Assembly (NCBI GenBank): GCA_900543875.1
Contig: UQSV01000001.1
Span: forward strand, 16,662 to 80,661
Origin: an uncultured Coriobacteriaceae bacterium
GTDB lineage: Bacteria > Actinomycetota > Coriobacteriia > Coriobacteriales > Atopobiaceae
Reading direction: 5' to 3'
DNA: 64,000 nt
The position numbers and the translations under genes were made by a program. The number at the start of each line of letters is the position of its first letter. Positions within the stretch are counted from its first letter, which is position 1. A model generated the notes under the pieces. That model was not told the DNA's origin. It ran no database searches and saw only the letters and a program-made list of their open reading frames with translations. Shown piece after piece: positions 54,522-64,000 of the stretch.

Positions 54522-56081
54522 ATGTCTGACCGTTCGATGTACGAGTACGAGAGCTGCGAGGCAATCGAGGACGAGGACGTCCTGCACGACGAGTGCGGCG
54601 TCTTTGGCATCTGGGCGCCGGGCCGCGACGTGGCCCGCATGACCTACTTTGCCCTGCATGCCCTGCAGCACCGAGGCCAGGAGAGCGCCGGCATCGCCGT
54701 GGGCGATGGCAGCACCGTCATGGTGCGCAAGGACCTGGGCCTCGTTACGCAGGTCTTCAGCGACTCAGACCTCTCGGCCCTGCCCGGCAAGGTCGCCATT
54801 GGCCACGTGCGCTATGGCACGGCTGGCTCCAAGGGTTGGGAGAGCGCCCAGCCGCACCTCTCGGCCATTAATGACGTCATCATCGCGCTGGCCCACAACG
54901 GCACGCTCGTCAACTTTGATCAGCTGCGCATCGAGCTCATCAACATGGGCGTGCCCTTCCGTACCCACACCGACTCCGAGGTCGCCGCCCGCCTCATCGG
55001 CTTCTTCACCGAGAAGAAGCACCAGCTGCGCGCTGGCATCGCCCACGCCATGGCAATGATGGAGGGCGGCTACGCGATGGCCCTCGTGCGTGACAACGCG
55101 CTCTATGCCTTCCGCGACCCGCACGGCATCCGCCCGCTGTGCCTGGGCAAGCTGGCTGACGACCAGGGCTGGGTCGTGGCGAGCGAGACCTGCGCCCTCG
55201 ACATCGTGGGCGCCGAGTTCGTGCGCGACGTGAACCCCGGCGAGATTATCCGCATCTCCGACGACGGCATCTCGTCGTCCCAGGCGCTCGAGACCGAGGC
55301 GCGTGCCGAGTGCATCTTCGAGCACGTCTACTTTGCGCGCCCCGACTCGCGCTTCCACGGCAAGAGCGTCTACTCCATGCGCTACAACATGGGTCGCCGC
55401 CTGGCGCAGGAGGCCCCGGCCGACGTCGACCTCGTGATTGGCGTGCCCGACTCGGGCCTGCCGCCTGCGGAGGGCTTTGCCCATGAGCTGGGACTTCCCT
55501 TTGGCGAGGGTCTCATCAAGAACCGCTATGTTGCCCGCACCTTCATTCAGCCCACGCAGGAGCTGCGCGAGATGGGCGTGCGCCTCAAGCTCAACGCCCT
55601 CATCGACAACGTGGCCGGCAAGCGCCTCGTGGTGGTAGACGACTCGATCGTGCGCGGCACCACCTCCAAGCAGATCGTCCGTATGCTCAAGGACGCTGGC
55701 GCCACCGAGGTTCACATGCGCATCAACTCGCCCGAGGTCACGTGGCCGTGCTTCTATGGCATCGATACCGATACCCAGGACCAGCTCATCTCGGCGAGCA
55801 AGTCCGTCGAGGAGATCTGCGAGTACATCGGCGCGGACTCCCTGGCGTTCCTCTCGCCCGAGGGTCTGCGCGCCTGCGTGCCCGACCTCTCTGGCTGCGC
55901 GGGGTGCGCCGCTGGCCGGAGCGGCTACTGCGAGGCCTGCTTCACCGGCGAGTACCCAGTCGAGATTCCGGCGAGCTTCTCGAAGGGCAAGTTCCTCGAG
56001 GGCTATACGCCGCGCAACCTTGCCACCGCCCGCGCCGCGTCGAAGATGCATGTAGACGACGTGGCCGAGGCCAACCTCTAA
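54522..56081 (+). CDS. purF: Amidophosphoribosyltransferase
   Basis: N-terminal CGVFGIW active-site Cys. PRTase motif VVDDSIVRGTT. Confidence 0.95.
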   Translation: MSDRSMYEYESCEAIEDEDVLHDECGVFGIWAPGRDVARMTYFALHALQHRGQESAGIAVGDGSTVMVRKDLGLVTQVFSDSDLSALPGKVAIGHVRYGTAGSKGWESAQPHLSAINDVIIALAHNGTLVNFDQLRIELINMGVPFRTHTDSEVAARLIGFFTEKKHQLRAGIAHAMAMMEGGYAMALVRDNALYAFRDPHGIRPLCLGKLADDQGWVVASETCALDIVGAEFVRDVNPGEIIRISDDGISSSQALETEARAECIFEHVYFARPDSRFHGKSVYSMRYNMGRRLAQEAPADVDLVIGVPDSGLPPAEGFAHELGLPFGEGLIKNRYVARTFIQPTQELREMGVRLKLNALIDNVAGKRLVVVDDSIVRGTTSKQIVRMLKDAGATEVHMRINSPEVTWPCFYGIDTDTQDQLISASKSVEEICEYIGADSLAFLSPEGLRACVPDLSGCAGCAAGRSGYCEACFTGEYPVEIPASFSKGKFLEGYTPRNLATARAASKMHVDDVAEANL

Positions 56082-56190
56082 CTTGGTATTACGCGCGCCG
56101 CCGGCAGACGTCCGGCGGCGCTGCGCCTTGCGTGCGGCATGCCTTGCGCGCGAGGCGGCTCGATTGTCCCAACCCACGAAAGGACCTCTC

Positions 56191-57288
56191 ATGAGCACTG
56201 ACAAGCACGTGACCTACGAGGACGCCGGCGTTGACACCGCCGAGGGCGGCCGCGCGGTCGACGCCATCAAGCAGATGGTTAAGGAGACGAATCGACCCGA
56301 GGTCATCGGCGGCATCGGCGGCTTTGGCGGCCTGTTCTCCGCCGCCGCCCTCAAGGACATGGAGGACCCGATTCTCATCTCGGGCACCGACGGCGTGGGC
56401 ACCAAGCTTGTGCTGGCGCAGCTGCTCGACCGCCACGAGACCGTGGGCCAGGATCTCGTGGCCATGTGCGTCAACGACATCCTCGCCTCGGGCGCCGAGC
56501 CGCTGTTCTTCCTCGACTACGTGGCGATTGGTCACATCGAGGCCGAGCACATGGCAAAGATCGTGAAGGGCGTGGCCGATGGCTGCAAGCTCGCCGGTTG
56601 CGCGCTCGTGGGCGGCGAGATGGCCGAGCACCCCGGCGTCATGCGTCCGGACGACTACGACCTCGCGGGCTTCACTGTGGGCGCCGTCGACCGTCCCAAG
56701 ATGCTCGACCCTGCAAACGTCAAGGCGGGTGACGTCATTATCGGCCTGCCCTCGACGGGCGTGCACTCCAACGGCTACTCGCTCGTGCGCAAGGTCATTG
56801 GCGTCGACGGCATCGTGCCAGGCACGCCCGAGGCCGAGGCCAAGCGCGCCGAGCTCGAGGCGCCCCTGGCCGAGCTGGGCAACAAGTCGCTGGCAGACGC
56901 CCTGCTCGCCCCCACGCGCATCTACGTGAAGCCCGTCCTCGAGCTGCTGCGCAGCGGGGTTGCCCCGGTCCACGCCATTGCCCACATCACGGGCGGCGGC
57001 ATCACCGAGAACCTCAACCGCGCGCTTGCCGCCGACGTCGACGCCGTGGTCGACCGCCCGAGCGGCCAGGTTGCCTGGGACGTTCCGCCCGTCATCACCT
57101 ACGTGGCCGAGCACGCGGGCCTCACGCCCGACGAGGCGTGCAAGACGTTCAACATGGGCGTGGGCCTGTGCCTGATCGTCGATGCGGCCGACGAGACGGC
57201 CGTGGTGGCCAAGCTCGAGGAGCTCGGCGAGCACCCGTTCCGCGTGGGCGAGTGCGTGCCGGGTGAGGGCAAGGTGACCTACCGATGA
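56191..57288 (+). CDS. purM: Phosphoribosylformylglycinamidine cyclo-ligase (AIR synthetase)
   Basis: Conserved N-terminus MSTDKHVTYEDAGVD. Confidence 0.9.
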   Translation: MSTDKHVTYEDAGVDTAEGGRAVDAIKQMVKETNRPEVIGGIGGFGGLFSAAALKDMEDPILISGTDGVGTKLVLAQLLDRHETVGQDLVAMCVNDILASGAEPLFFLDYVAIGHIEAEHMAKIVKGVADGCKLAGCALVGGEMAEHPGVMRPDDYDLAGFTVGAVDRPKMLDPANVKAGDVIIGLPSTGVHSNGYSLVRKVIGVDGIVPGTPEAEAKRAELEAPLAELGNKSLADALLAPTRIYVKPVLELLRSGVAPVHAIAHITGGGITENLNRALAADVDAVVDRPSGQVAWDVPPVITYVAEHAGLTPDEACKTFNMGVGLCLIVDAADETAVVAKLEELGEHPFRVGECVPGEGKVTYR

Positions 57289-57905
57289 GCGAGGCGCTCA
57301 AGATTGGCGTGCTGCTGAGTGGAAGCGGCACCAACCTGCAGGCCATCATCGACCGCATTGCCGATGGCAGCCTCAACGCGAGCATCGAGCTCGTGGTGTC
57401 GAGCCGCCCGAGCGCCTATGGCCTCAAGCGCGCCGAGGCCGCAGGTCTGCAGACCCTCACCCTCTCCAAGGAGATCTACGCCGACCCCGAGCAGGCCGAC
57501 GAGATTATCGCCGCCGAGCTCAAGAGCCATGGCTGCGAGTACGTGATCATGGCCGGCTACATGCGCATGGTCCACGCGCCGCTGCTCGCGAGCTATCCCA
57601 ACCGCGTGGTGAACCTGCACCCGGCGCTGCTGCCGAGCTTCCGCGGTGCGCACGCCATCCAGGACGCGTACGACCGCGGCGTCAAGGTCACGGGCGTCAC
57701 CGTGCACTTTGCCAACGAGGAGTACGACAAGGGCCCCATCATCGCCCAGCGCGCGCTGGTGGTGGGGGAGGGTTGGAGCGTGGATGAGCTTGAGGAGCAC
57801 ATCCACGCCATCGAGCACGAGCTCTACCCCGAGGTCATTGGCTGGCTCGCCGCCGGCCGAGTGCATGTGAGGGACAACCTCACGGTGAGCGTCGACCCGG
57901 AGTAG
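57285..57905 (+). CDS. purN: Phosphoribosylglycinamide formyltransferase
   Basis: GVLLSGSGTNLQAI and HPALLPSFRG motifs. Confidence 0.9.
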   Translation: MSEALKIGVLLSGSGTNLQAIIDRIADGSLNASIELVVSSRPSAYGLKRAEAAGLQTLTLSKEIYADPEQADEIIAAELKSHGCEYVIMAGYMRMVHAPLLASYPNRVVNLHPALLPSFRGAHAIQDAYDRGVKVTGVTVHFANEEYDKGPIIAQRALVVGEGWSVDELEEHIHAIEHELYPEVIGWLAAGRVHVRDNLTVSVDPE

Positions 57906-57908
57906 ACT

Positions 57909-58003
57909 TGCCTGGGACAATAACTCTGGAGGGTATTGTCCCACTGTGTGATGGTTCGAATAGCAGAAGACCCCCGCGTACCAGCAGATACGCGGGGGTC
58001 TTG
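57909..58003. terminator. Two hairpins between the convergent purN and rlmD-like genes, probably bidirectional terminators
   Basis: GGGACAATA...TATTGTCCC and GACCCCCGCGTA...TACGCGGGGGTC. Confidence 0.65.
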
Positions 58004-58129
58004 CCTATTAGTATTGTTCTTATTTTGTCTTCTCACTTGGTGGGAGAGGTGAGAAAAGAGTGCCGAAGCCGAGCGATGAGGCGATAAAGCTCCGGGCTAA
58101 TTGATCCCGGCTGCGGACGCGTCCGTTTG

Positions 58130-59350
58130 TTACGCCCTCGCCAGCACGGCGACGGTCTCGGCGTGCTTGGTGTGGGGGAACATGTCCACCACGTCGAGCC
58201 GCTCGATGCGGTAGCCGCCCTCGTAGAAGAGGTCGAGGTCGCGGCGCTGGGTCACGGGGTTGCAGCTCACGTAGACCACGCGCGAAGGCGCAAGGCCCAG
58301 CACGCCGTTGATGAACGTGGGCGTGGAGCCCGCGCGCGGCGGGTCCATGATGACTACGTCAAAACCCTCGCGGCCGGCCTTGGCCACGTCCTTCATGTAG
58401 GCGGTGGCGTCGGCGCAGACGAACTTGCAGCGGGCGGCCAGGCCGTTTCGCCTCGCGTTGGCGCGGGCGTTTGCCACCGCGCCCTCGACCTGCTCGACCC
58501 CCACGACCTCAAGGCCGTCGACCTGCCTGGCCGCGCACATGCCAATCGTGCCAATGCCGCAGTAGGCGTCGAGCACGCGCTGCCCGCGCTCGAGCTGCGC
58601 CCCCTCGATGGCAAGTGAGTAGAGCACCTCGGTCTGCGCGGGGTTGGTCTGGTAGAACGACGTGGGGCCAATCTCGAACTCGCAGCCCAGGAGCTCGTCG
58701 ACCATGCGCCCGCTGCCGTAGAGCGCGCGGGCCTCGTGACCCAAGATCGCGTTGGTGCGGCGCTGGTTTACGTTCTGTGCAATGGCGGTGACAAACGGCG
58801 CTCGGCGCAGGATGGTGCTCACAAACTGGTGCTCGCGCGGAATCTGCTTGCCGTTGGTGACGATGGTGAGCAGGCACTCGTTGGTGGCATACCCCATCCG
58901 TACCACGGCGTGGCGCAGAAGGCCGCGACCGTGGTCCTCGTCGTAGGGGGCAATGCGCAGCTCCTCGGCGGCACGCGCCACCGCAAGCAGCGCTTCGCGG
59001 GCGTGCGGCGCCTCGACGATGCAGTTCGAGCAGGGCACGATGCGATGCGTCCCGCGGGCGTAGAAGCCCGAGCGTACGCTCGCGCGCTTGCCGGCCGCAA
59101 AGGGCGTCGCCGCCTTGTGGCGGTAGCCGCGCGGCTCCATGCCCTCGGCGTCCATGCCGTGGATGGGGATGAGGTCGTCAAGGTCGTCCTCGGTGGCACC
59201 CTCGGGCAAATAATCCGCCATGAGCTCGGCGATCTGCGCCTGCTTGCGGCGCAGCTGGATGGGATAGGGAACGGCCAGCCACTCGCATCCTCCGCACGAC
59301 TTTGCGATTGGGCACGTGTAGGTCTTGAATCCCATATCTCTCCTGCTCAA
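58130..59350 (-). CDS. rlmD: 23S rRNA (uracil-C5)-methyltransferase RlmD/RumA family (TRAM + FeS + SAM-dependent methyltransferase)
   Basis: Cys cluster CPIAKSCGGCEW. Class I methyltransferase motifs. Confidence 0.8.
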   Translation of the reverse strand: MSRRDMGFKTYTCPIAKSCGGCEWLAVPYPIQLRRKQAQIAELMADYLPEGATEDDLDDLIPIHGMDAEGMEPRGYRHKAATPFAAGKRASVRSGFYARGTHRIVPCSNCIVEAPHAREALLAVARAAEELRIAPYDEDHGRGLLRHAVVRMGYATNECLLTIVTNGKQIPREHQFVSTILRRAPFVTAIAQNVNQRRTNAILGHEARALYGSGRMVDELLGCEFEIGPTSFYQTNPAQTEVLYSLAIEGAQLERGQRVLDAYCGIGTIGMCAARQVDGLEVVGVEQVEGAVANARANARRNGLAARCKFVCADATAYMKDVAKAGREGFDVVIMDPPRAGSTPTFINGVLGLAPSRVVYVSCNPVTQRRDLDLFYEGGYRIERLDVVDMFPHTKHAETVAVLARA

Positions 59351-59481
59351 ACGAGCGATTCCGTGGCCGGTGGGACAGGCCCGGGGCCATGGAGTGCTAA
59401 GGTGGTTTCACTATTCATAGGGGGCGGGAAGCGCGGCCGCGCGGCCGTGGTCTCGCGAGCCACTAGAGAAAAGGATACGAC

Positions 59482-60456
59482 ATGGCATACATCCGCAAGG
59501 TCGGCGTCCTCGGCCAGGGCCACGTTGGCGCCCACGTGGCCCACTCCCTGCTCATGCAGGGTCTCGTTGACGAGCTCTATCTGTGCGACATCAACGACCA
59601 GAAGCTCACGAGCGAGGCGCAGGACTTCCGCGACGCCCTGTCGTTCTACCCGCACAACTGCAAAATCGTCACCTGTGGCGCCGAGTACGAGAAGCTCGCC
59701 GGCTGCGACGTCATCGTGAACGCCGCCGGCCAGGTCTCCGCCGCCGCCGGCAACCGCGATGGCGAGCTGTTCATCACCACCGACATCGCTCGCACCTTCA
59801 TCGCGCGCATTGCCGATGCCGGCTTCAAGGGCGTCTGGGTCTCCATCTCCAACCCCTGCGACGTCGTCTGCACCGAGATTTGGCGCCTCTCCGGCTGCGA
59901 CCCCAAGCGCGTCGTGGGCTCGGGCACCGCGCTCGACTCCGCCCGCCTGCGCAACGCCATCTCGTCCAAGGTGGGCCTGGACCAACACTCGATCAACGCC
60001 TACATGCTGGGCGAGCACGGCGCGTCGCAGTTCGCCGCGATGTCGTGCGTGAGCTTTGGCTGCAAGACGCTCGCCGAGCTTGCCGCCGAGCAGCCCGAGC
60101 GCTTTGGCTTTGACCAGGCCGAGGTCGAGGACCTTGCGCGCCAGGGCGGCTACGTTACCTACGCCGGCAAGGGCTGCACCGAGTACGCGGTTGCCCAGGC
60201 CGCCGTCCGTCTCGTCCAAGCCATCCTGGGCAACGAGCACTACGTGACCTGCTGCTCCACGCTGCTCACCGGCGAGCATGGCGAGGAGGGCAACTTTGCC
60301 TCCATCCCGTGCGTCGTGGGCGCCAACGGCATCGAGGAGACCTTCGAGCTGCCGCTGAACGAGCGCGAGAAGGCCGCCTTCCACGCCAGCTGCGAGCACA
60401 TCCGCGGAAACATCGCCAAGCTGGGCGACTGGTGGAACACCGAGGCCCGCGTGTAG
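59482..60456 (+). CDS. ldh: L-lactate / malate dehydrogenase family protein
   Basis: NAD-binding VGVLGQGHVGA. LDH/MDH fold. Confidence 0.8.
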   Translation: MAYIRKVGVLGQGHVGAHVAHSLLMQGLVDELYLCDINDQKLTSEAQDFRDALSFYPHNCKIVTCGAEYEKLAGCDVIVNAAGQVSAAAGNRDGELFITTDIARTFIARIADAGFKGVWVSISNPCDVVCTEIWRLSGCDPKRVVGSGTALDSARLRNAISSKVGLDQHSINAYMLGEHGASQFAAMSCVSFGCKTLAELAAEQPERFGFDQAEVEDLARQGGYVTYAGKGCTEYAVAQAAVRLVQAILGNEHYVTCCSTLLTGEHGEEGNFASIPCVVGANGIEETFELPLNEREKAAFHASCEHIRGNIAKLGDWWNTEARV

Positions 60457-60496
60457 TACTCGCGGGCTTCTTGGCCAATCGGATAGATGAGCCTTT

Positions 60497-60530
60497 GGGG
60501 CCAGCTGCGTGTGCGGCTGGCCCCTTTTCT
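60497..60530 (+). terminator. Terminator after ldh
   Basis: GGGGCCAGCTGCGTGTGCGGCTGGCCCC followed by TTTTCT. Confidence 0.8.
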
Positions 60531-60808
60531 GTGCGAGGGGGTGCTGGGCGAGGGGACGATGGCGCTCGTCCCGTCTCCGCGCTTGTTGCGCTTGGCTCGC
60601 TCCAGCCAGACCTTCATTGCCCAATGCGTCCGCGAAGCTACGCCCGGTCCACTCCTCCCTCAAATGCCCAGCAACGTGCTTGGTTATGTCTCGATATGCA
60701 TATAAGTTATATTTCCGCAGGTAGATTGCTATGTCCCTTAACTTCGACCCTGTATAGCCAGCTTCAGGCGCAGGGACGGACCCTCGCCTGGCGAGGGAGA
60801 GGGACCCT

Positions 60809-63800
60809 ATGGAGAGAAGAAAGACAAGGCGCTGGGGAGGTGTCCTGGCGTGCGCGCTGACCGCGGCCCTCGCGCTCGTGCTGGGCGTCGCCCTGCCCGC
60901 CACGCAGGCCTATGCGACCGACGTGAGCCTGGACGAGCCCGACCACGCCAAGACCGTCACCGACAACGGCGACGGCACCTACAGGCTGAGCCTCACCGTC
61001 AAAGGAGACTCTCAGAGCTCGTCCGAGAACACGCCGGCCGACGTTGTCCTCGCCATCGACACCTCGGGCTCGATGAATGACAACGGCAAGCTCGACAACG
61101 TCAAGAGGGCAGCGAAGGCCCTCATCGACGAGCTGCTCACCGACGACAACGCCAAGCTCGATGCCTCGAAGCAGATTCAGGTCTCGGTCATCAGCTTTGA
61201 CACGAGGGCCGACACCCCCACGAGCTTCACGGCCAACGCGGACGATGCGACCCAAGCCATCGATGGACTGAAGGCTGAGGGCGGTACCAACTGGGAGGAG
61301 GCGCTGCAGAAGGCCAACGCCCAGAACAGCGGCCGTACCGATTCCAGGAAGTACGTCGTGTTCTTCTCCGATGGCGCACCGACGTATCGCATCAGCTCGG
61401 TCCAGACGGGTACAAAATTGGTTTTTTCGTTCAGCGAGGGCTTTCACAAGGTTCCTGCCTATGACCAGGACGACACCTGGGCTACCCCGCGCGGCGTTCA
61501 CGGCTCCGGCAACGACGATCCCTACAACGCCAACTACAACAGCGCCGTGACCGAGGCCAACAAGCGCGACGTTGACACCGTCCAGCTCTTTGCCGTGAGT
61601 GGCGACACGTCCGCCAACGCCTCGATGACCAAGTTCGCCAACGACGTCACCGGCGACTTCCTCGACGGTACCGACGCCGACAAGTTGAACGACGCGTTTG
61701 CCGAGATTGCCCAGACGATCACCAACTCGTGCTACTACCGCGACGTCAAGGTCGTTGACCAGCTCTCCGACTACGTCGACTTCAAGGATGCCGTCTCCGC
61801 AGATGGCACGCTTGCCTCCGCGACCATCACCAAGACCGACGCCTCGGGCACGAGCCCCGTTGCTGGCGCCGTGGCCAAGGTCGACGGCAAGAAGCTCACG
61901 GTCGACCTCTCCGGCGAGGGCGAGCTCGAGGCCGGCGCCACCTACACGGTCAGCTTCGACATCAAGCCCACGGCCGACGCCTATGACGCGATTGCCGCGG
62001 GTACGCTCACGAACCCCGTTCCCACCAACGTCAACAGCGACCACGACGCCACGACGCTCGAGTACAAGACCGTCACCAAGCGCACCGGAGCCGCCGACGT
62101 GGTGAGCGACACGCTCTACGCGGACTATGACATCCCCACCATCTCCCTGCCCACCAAGCAGCTCACGGTGACCAAGACCTGGGAGAACGCCCGCGACGAC
62201 GCCCGCGCCACCCAGCCCGTCCACGTACAGGTCACGCGCAACGGCGCCGACTACGGCACGCCCGTCGAGCTCTCCGCCAGCAACAACTGGACGGGCACCG
62301 TCACCGTGACAGGCAACCCCGCCGACGCCTCCGCCTGGGGCGCCCGCGAGACCGATGGTGACCTTTCCAGCTACACCACCAACGTCGCGGTCGATGGCCT
62401 GAACCTCTCGGTCACTAACACCCACAAGGCCTGGTCCGTCACGGTCGATGGCGCCACCGAGCTTGCGGGCACCAAGACCCTCACGGGCCGCACCCTCGTC
62501 GCCGACGAGTTCAGCTTCACCATCACCCCGTGCGACGGCGCCCCTGCCCCCACGAAGACGACCGCCACGAACGACGCTGCGGGCAACTTCCACTTTGGCG
62601 ACATCACCTTCGACGCGCCCGGTACCTACTACTACGACGTGGCCGAGGTCACCGACGGTCTTGACAAAAAGGGCATCACCGCCCAGACCTCCGCGCTGCA
62701 GGTCAAGATCGACGTGGTCGAGAAGGACGGCGCCCTGGTGGCCCAGGTGAGCCTGCCCGAGGGTGGCCTCGCCTTTGCCAACGCCTACAAGCCCAGCGAC
62801 GCTACGGTTAACGTCATGGCCTTCAAGCGGCTCGCCTGCAACCAGGAGGGCGTCAAGGCCCCCGACCTTAAGGCCGGCGACTTCTCGTTCACCATCACCG
62901 GCAACGGCCCTCTGCCCGCTGCCACCACCGTCTTCAACGACGAGGCCGGCAACGTCTCCTTTGGGGCCATCACCTTCACCAAGGCAGACCTCGGCGGCGA
63001 GATGAGCAAGACGTTCACCTACCAGGTCAGCGAGTCTGGCTCCAAGGCGGGCGTCACCAACGACTCCGATAAGACCTTCACGGTCACCGTCAGAGACAAC
63101 GCCGACGGCACCATGACGGCCGAGATGAGCCCCATCGACCCGTTCGTGAACACCTACGCCGCCGAGTCCGCGAACTACAGCGTCTCCAACGACATCACCA
63201 TGAGCAAGCAGCTCGATGGTCGCGCCCTCGAGGCCGGCGACTTCACCTTTGAGCTCGTCGACGCCAATGGCAAGCAGGCGGCCACCGCCACCAACGACGC
63301 CAACGGCACCGTTGTGTTCAAGAACGTCACGTACACCACGCCGGGCGAGTACACCTACACCGTCCGTGAGGTCAACGACGGCAAGGGTGGCGTGATATAC
63401 GACGCCAGCACCTACCAGGTGAAGGTTACCGTGGCTGACAATGGCAAGGGCCAGCTTGTTGCCAAGGCCTCAAGCGACGCCGACGCCATCGTGTTTAAGA
63501 ACAGCTATGCTGCCGCGCCCGCGAGCGTGAGCCTCTCCGCCACCAAGGTGCTCGAGGGTGCCCAGCTCACCGATGACCAGTTTGGCTTTGAGGTGCTCAA
63601 CAAGGGCCAGGTCGTTGCCCGTGGTAAGAACGCCGCCGACGGTACCGTGAGCTTTGGCGCGCTGGCGCTCAACCAGCCCGGCACCTACAGCTTCCAAATT
63701 TGCGAGGTCAACGATGGCCAGCAGGGCGTGACCTACGACGGCTCCAGCCATGACGTCAAGGTCGTCGTGACCGACGACGGCAAGGGCCAGCTTACGGTGA

Positions 63801-64000
63801 GTTCCGTCGAGGGCGACAACCCCACGTTCACCAACTCCTACACCGCTCCCAAGCAGGAGAAGGACAACGACGAGGGCGATGACAACCAGGGTGGCGCCCA
63901 GCAGGGCAACGACAAGCAGATGCCCCAGACGGGCGACACCAACAACGCCACCGTCCCCGTTGTGCTTGGTGCTGCCGCTGTGATCTGCGTGGCCGCCGGC
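60809..64000 (+). CDS. Second sortase-anchored vWA adhesin (signal peptide, vWA, Ig-like modules, MPQTG sorting signal), 3' end truncated by the window
   Basis: Signal peptide MERRKTRRWGGVLACALTAALALVLGVALPATQAYA. MIDAS motif VVLAIDTSGSM. MPQTG at 63919-63933 followed by a hydrophobic stretch. Confidence 0.85.
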   Translation, partial: MERRKTRRWGGVLACALTAALALVLGVALPATQAYATDVSLDEPDHAKTVTDNGDGTYRLSLTVKGDSQSSSENTPADVVLAIDTSGSMNDNGKLDNVKRAAKALIDELLTDDNAKLDASKQIQVSVISFDTRADTPTSFTANADDATQAIDGLKAEGGTNWEEALQKANAQNSGRTDSRKYVVFFSDGAPTYRISSVQTGTKLVFSFSEGFHKVPAYDQDDTWATPRGVHGSGNDDPYNANYNSAVTEANKRDVDTVQLFAVSGDTSANASMTKFANDVTGDFLDGTDADKLNDAFAEIAQTITNSCYYRDVKVVDQLSDYVDFKDAVSADGTLASATITKTDASGTSPVAGAVAKVDGKKLTVDLSGEGELEAGATYTVSFDIKPTADAYDAIAAGTLTNPVPTNVNSDHDATTLEYKTVTKRTGAADVVSDTLYADYDIPTISLPTKQLTVTKTWENARDDARATQPVHVQVTRNGADYGTPVELSASNNWTGTVTVTGNPADASAWGARETDGDLSSYTTNVAVDGLNLSVTNTHKAWSVTVDGATELAGTKTLTGRTLVADEFSFTITPCDGAPAPTKTTATNDAAGNFHFGDITFDAPGTYYYDVAEVTDGLDKKGITAQTSALQVKIDVVEKDGALVAQVSLPEGGLAFANAYKPSDATVNVMAFKRLACNQEGVKAPDLKAGDFSFTITGNGPLPAATTVFNDEAGNVSFGAITFTKADLGGEMSKTFTYQVSESGSKAGVTNDSDKTFTVTVRDNADGTMTAEMSPIDPFVNTYAAESANYSVSNDITMSKQLDGRALEAGDFTFELVDANGKQAATATNDANGTVVFKNVTYTTPGEYTYTVREVNDGKGGVIYDASTYQVKVTVADNGKGQLVAKASSDADAIVFKNSYAAAPASVSLSATKVLEGAQLTDDQFGFEVLNKGQVVARGKNAADGTVSFGALALNQPGTYSFQICEVNDGQQGVTYDGSSHDVKVVVTDDGKGQLTVSSVEGDNPTFTNSYTAPKQEKDNDEGDDNQGGAQQGNDKQMPQTGDTNNATVPVVLGAAAVICVAAG

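Overview
This window is the chromosomal replication-origin region of a high-GC (about 65%) Actinobacterium. The gene order (rpmH-rnpA-yidD-yidC-jag-rsmG-parA-parB on the minus strand, dnaA-dnaN-recF-DUF721-gyrB-gyrA-tRNA-Ile-tRNA-Ala on the plus strand, and later rpsF-ssb-rpsR-rplI-dnaB) matches the Mycobacterium ori region. The giant sortase-anchored vWA adhesins and a membrane-embedded LuxR regulator suggest a Coriobacteriia-like gut or oral organism. Housekeeping content downstream includes typA, purA/D/E/F/M/N, a Nudix hydrolase, an ABC exporter, a pyridoxal kinase, an RlmD-like methyltransferase and an Ldh-family dehydrogenase. All protein calls rest on motifs I recognised by eye in the translations; no database search was run. 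The most interesting observations are: (1) a 402-aa gene inserted between rpmH and dnaA, with DnaA-box clusters on both sides, encoding a stand-alone GHKL ATPase domain, a roughly 150-aa Gln/Met/Pro-rich prion-like linker and a MarR-type wHTH; (2) a PafBC-like pair of translationally coupled WYL-domain regulators, the second with an N-terminal AT-hook, convergent with a DnaQ-exonuclease-DinG helicase; (3) a class-B-like sortase embedded in the purine operon between purE and purF, with two giant vWA adhesins carrying IPQTG and MPQTG sorting signals; (4) a roughly 3.5-kb low-GC island containing parB-parA-rsmG and two perfect parS sites; (5) a well-formed tRNA-Ser(CGA) with an apparent 8-nt anticodon loop. 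No CRISPR arrays, IS elements or integrases were seen. Many long antisense ORFs in the track are high-GC artefacts.
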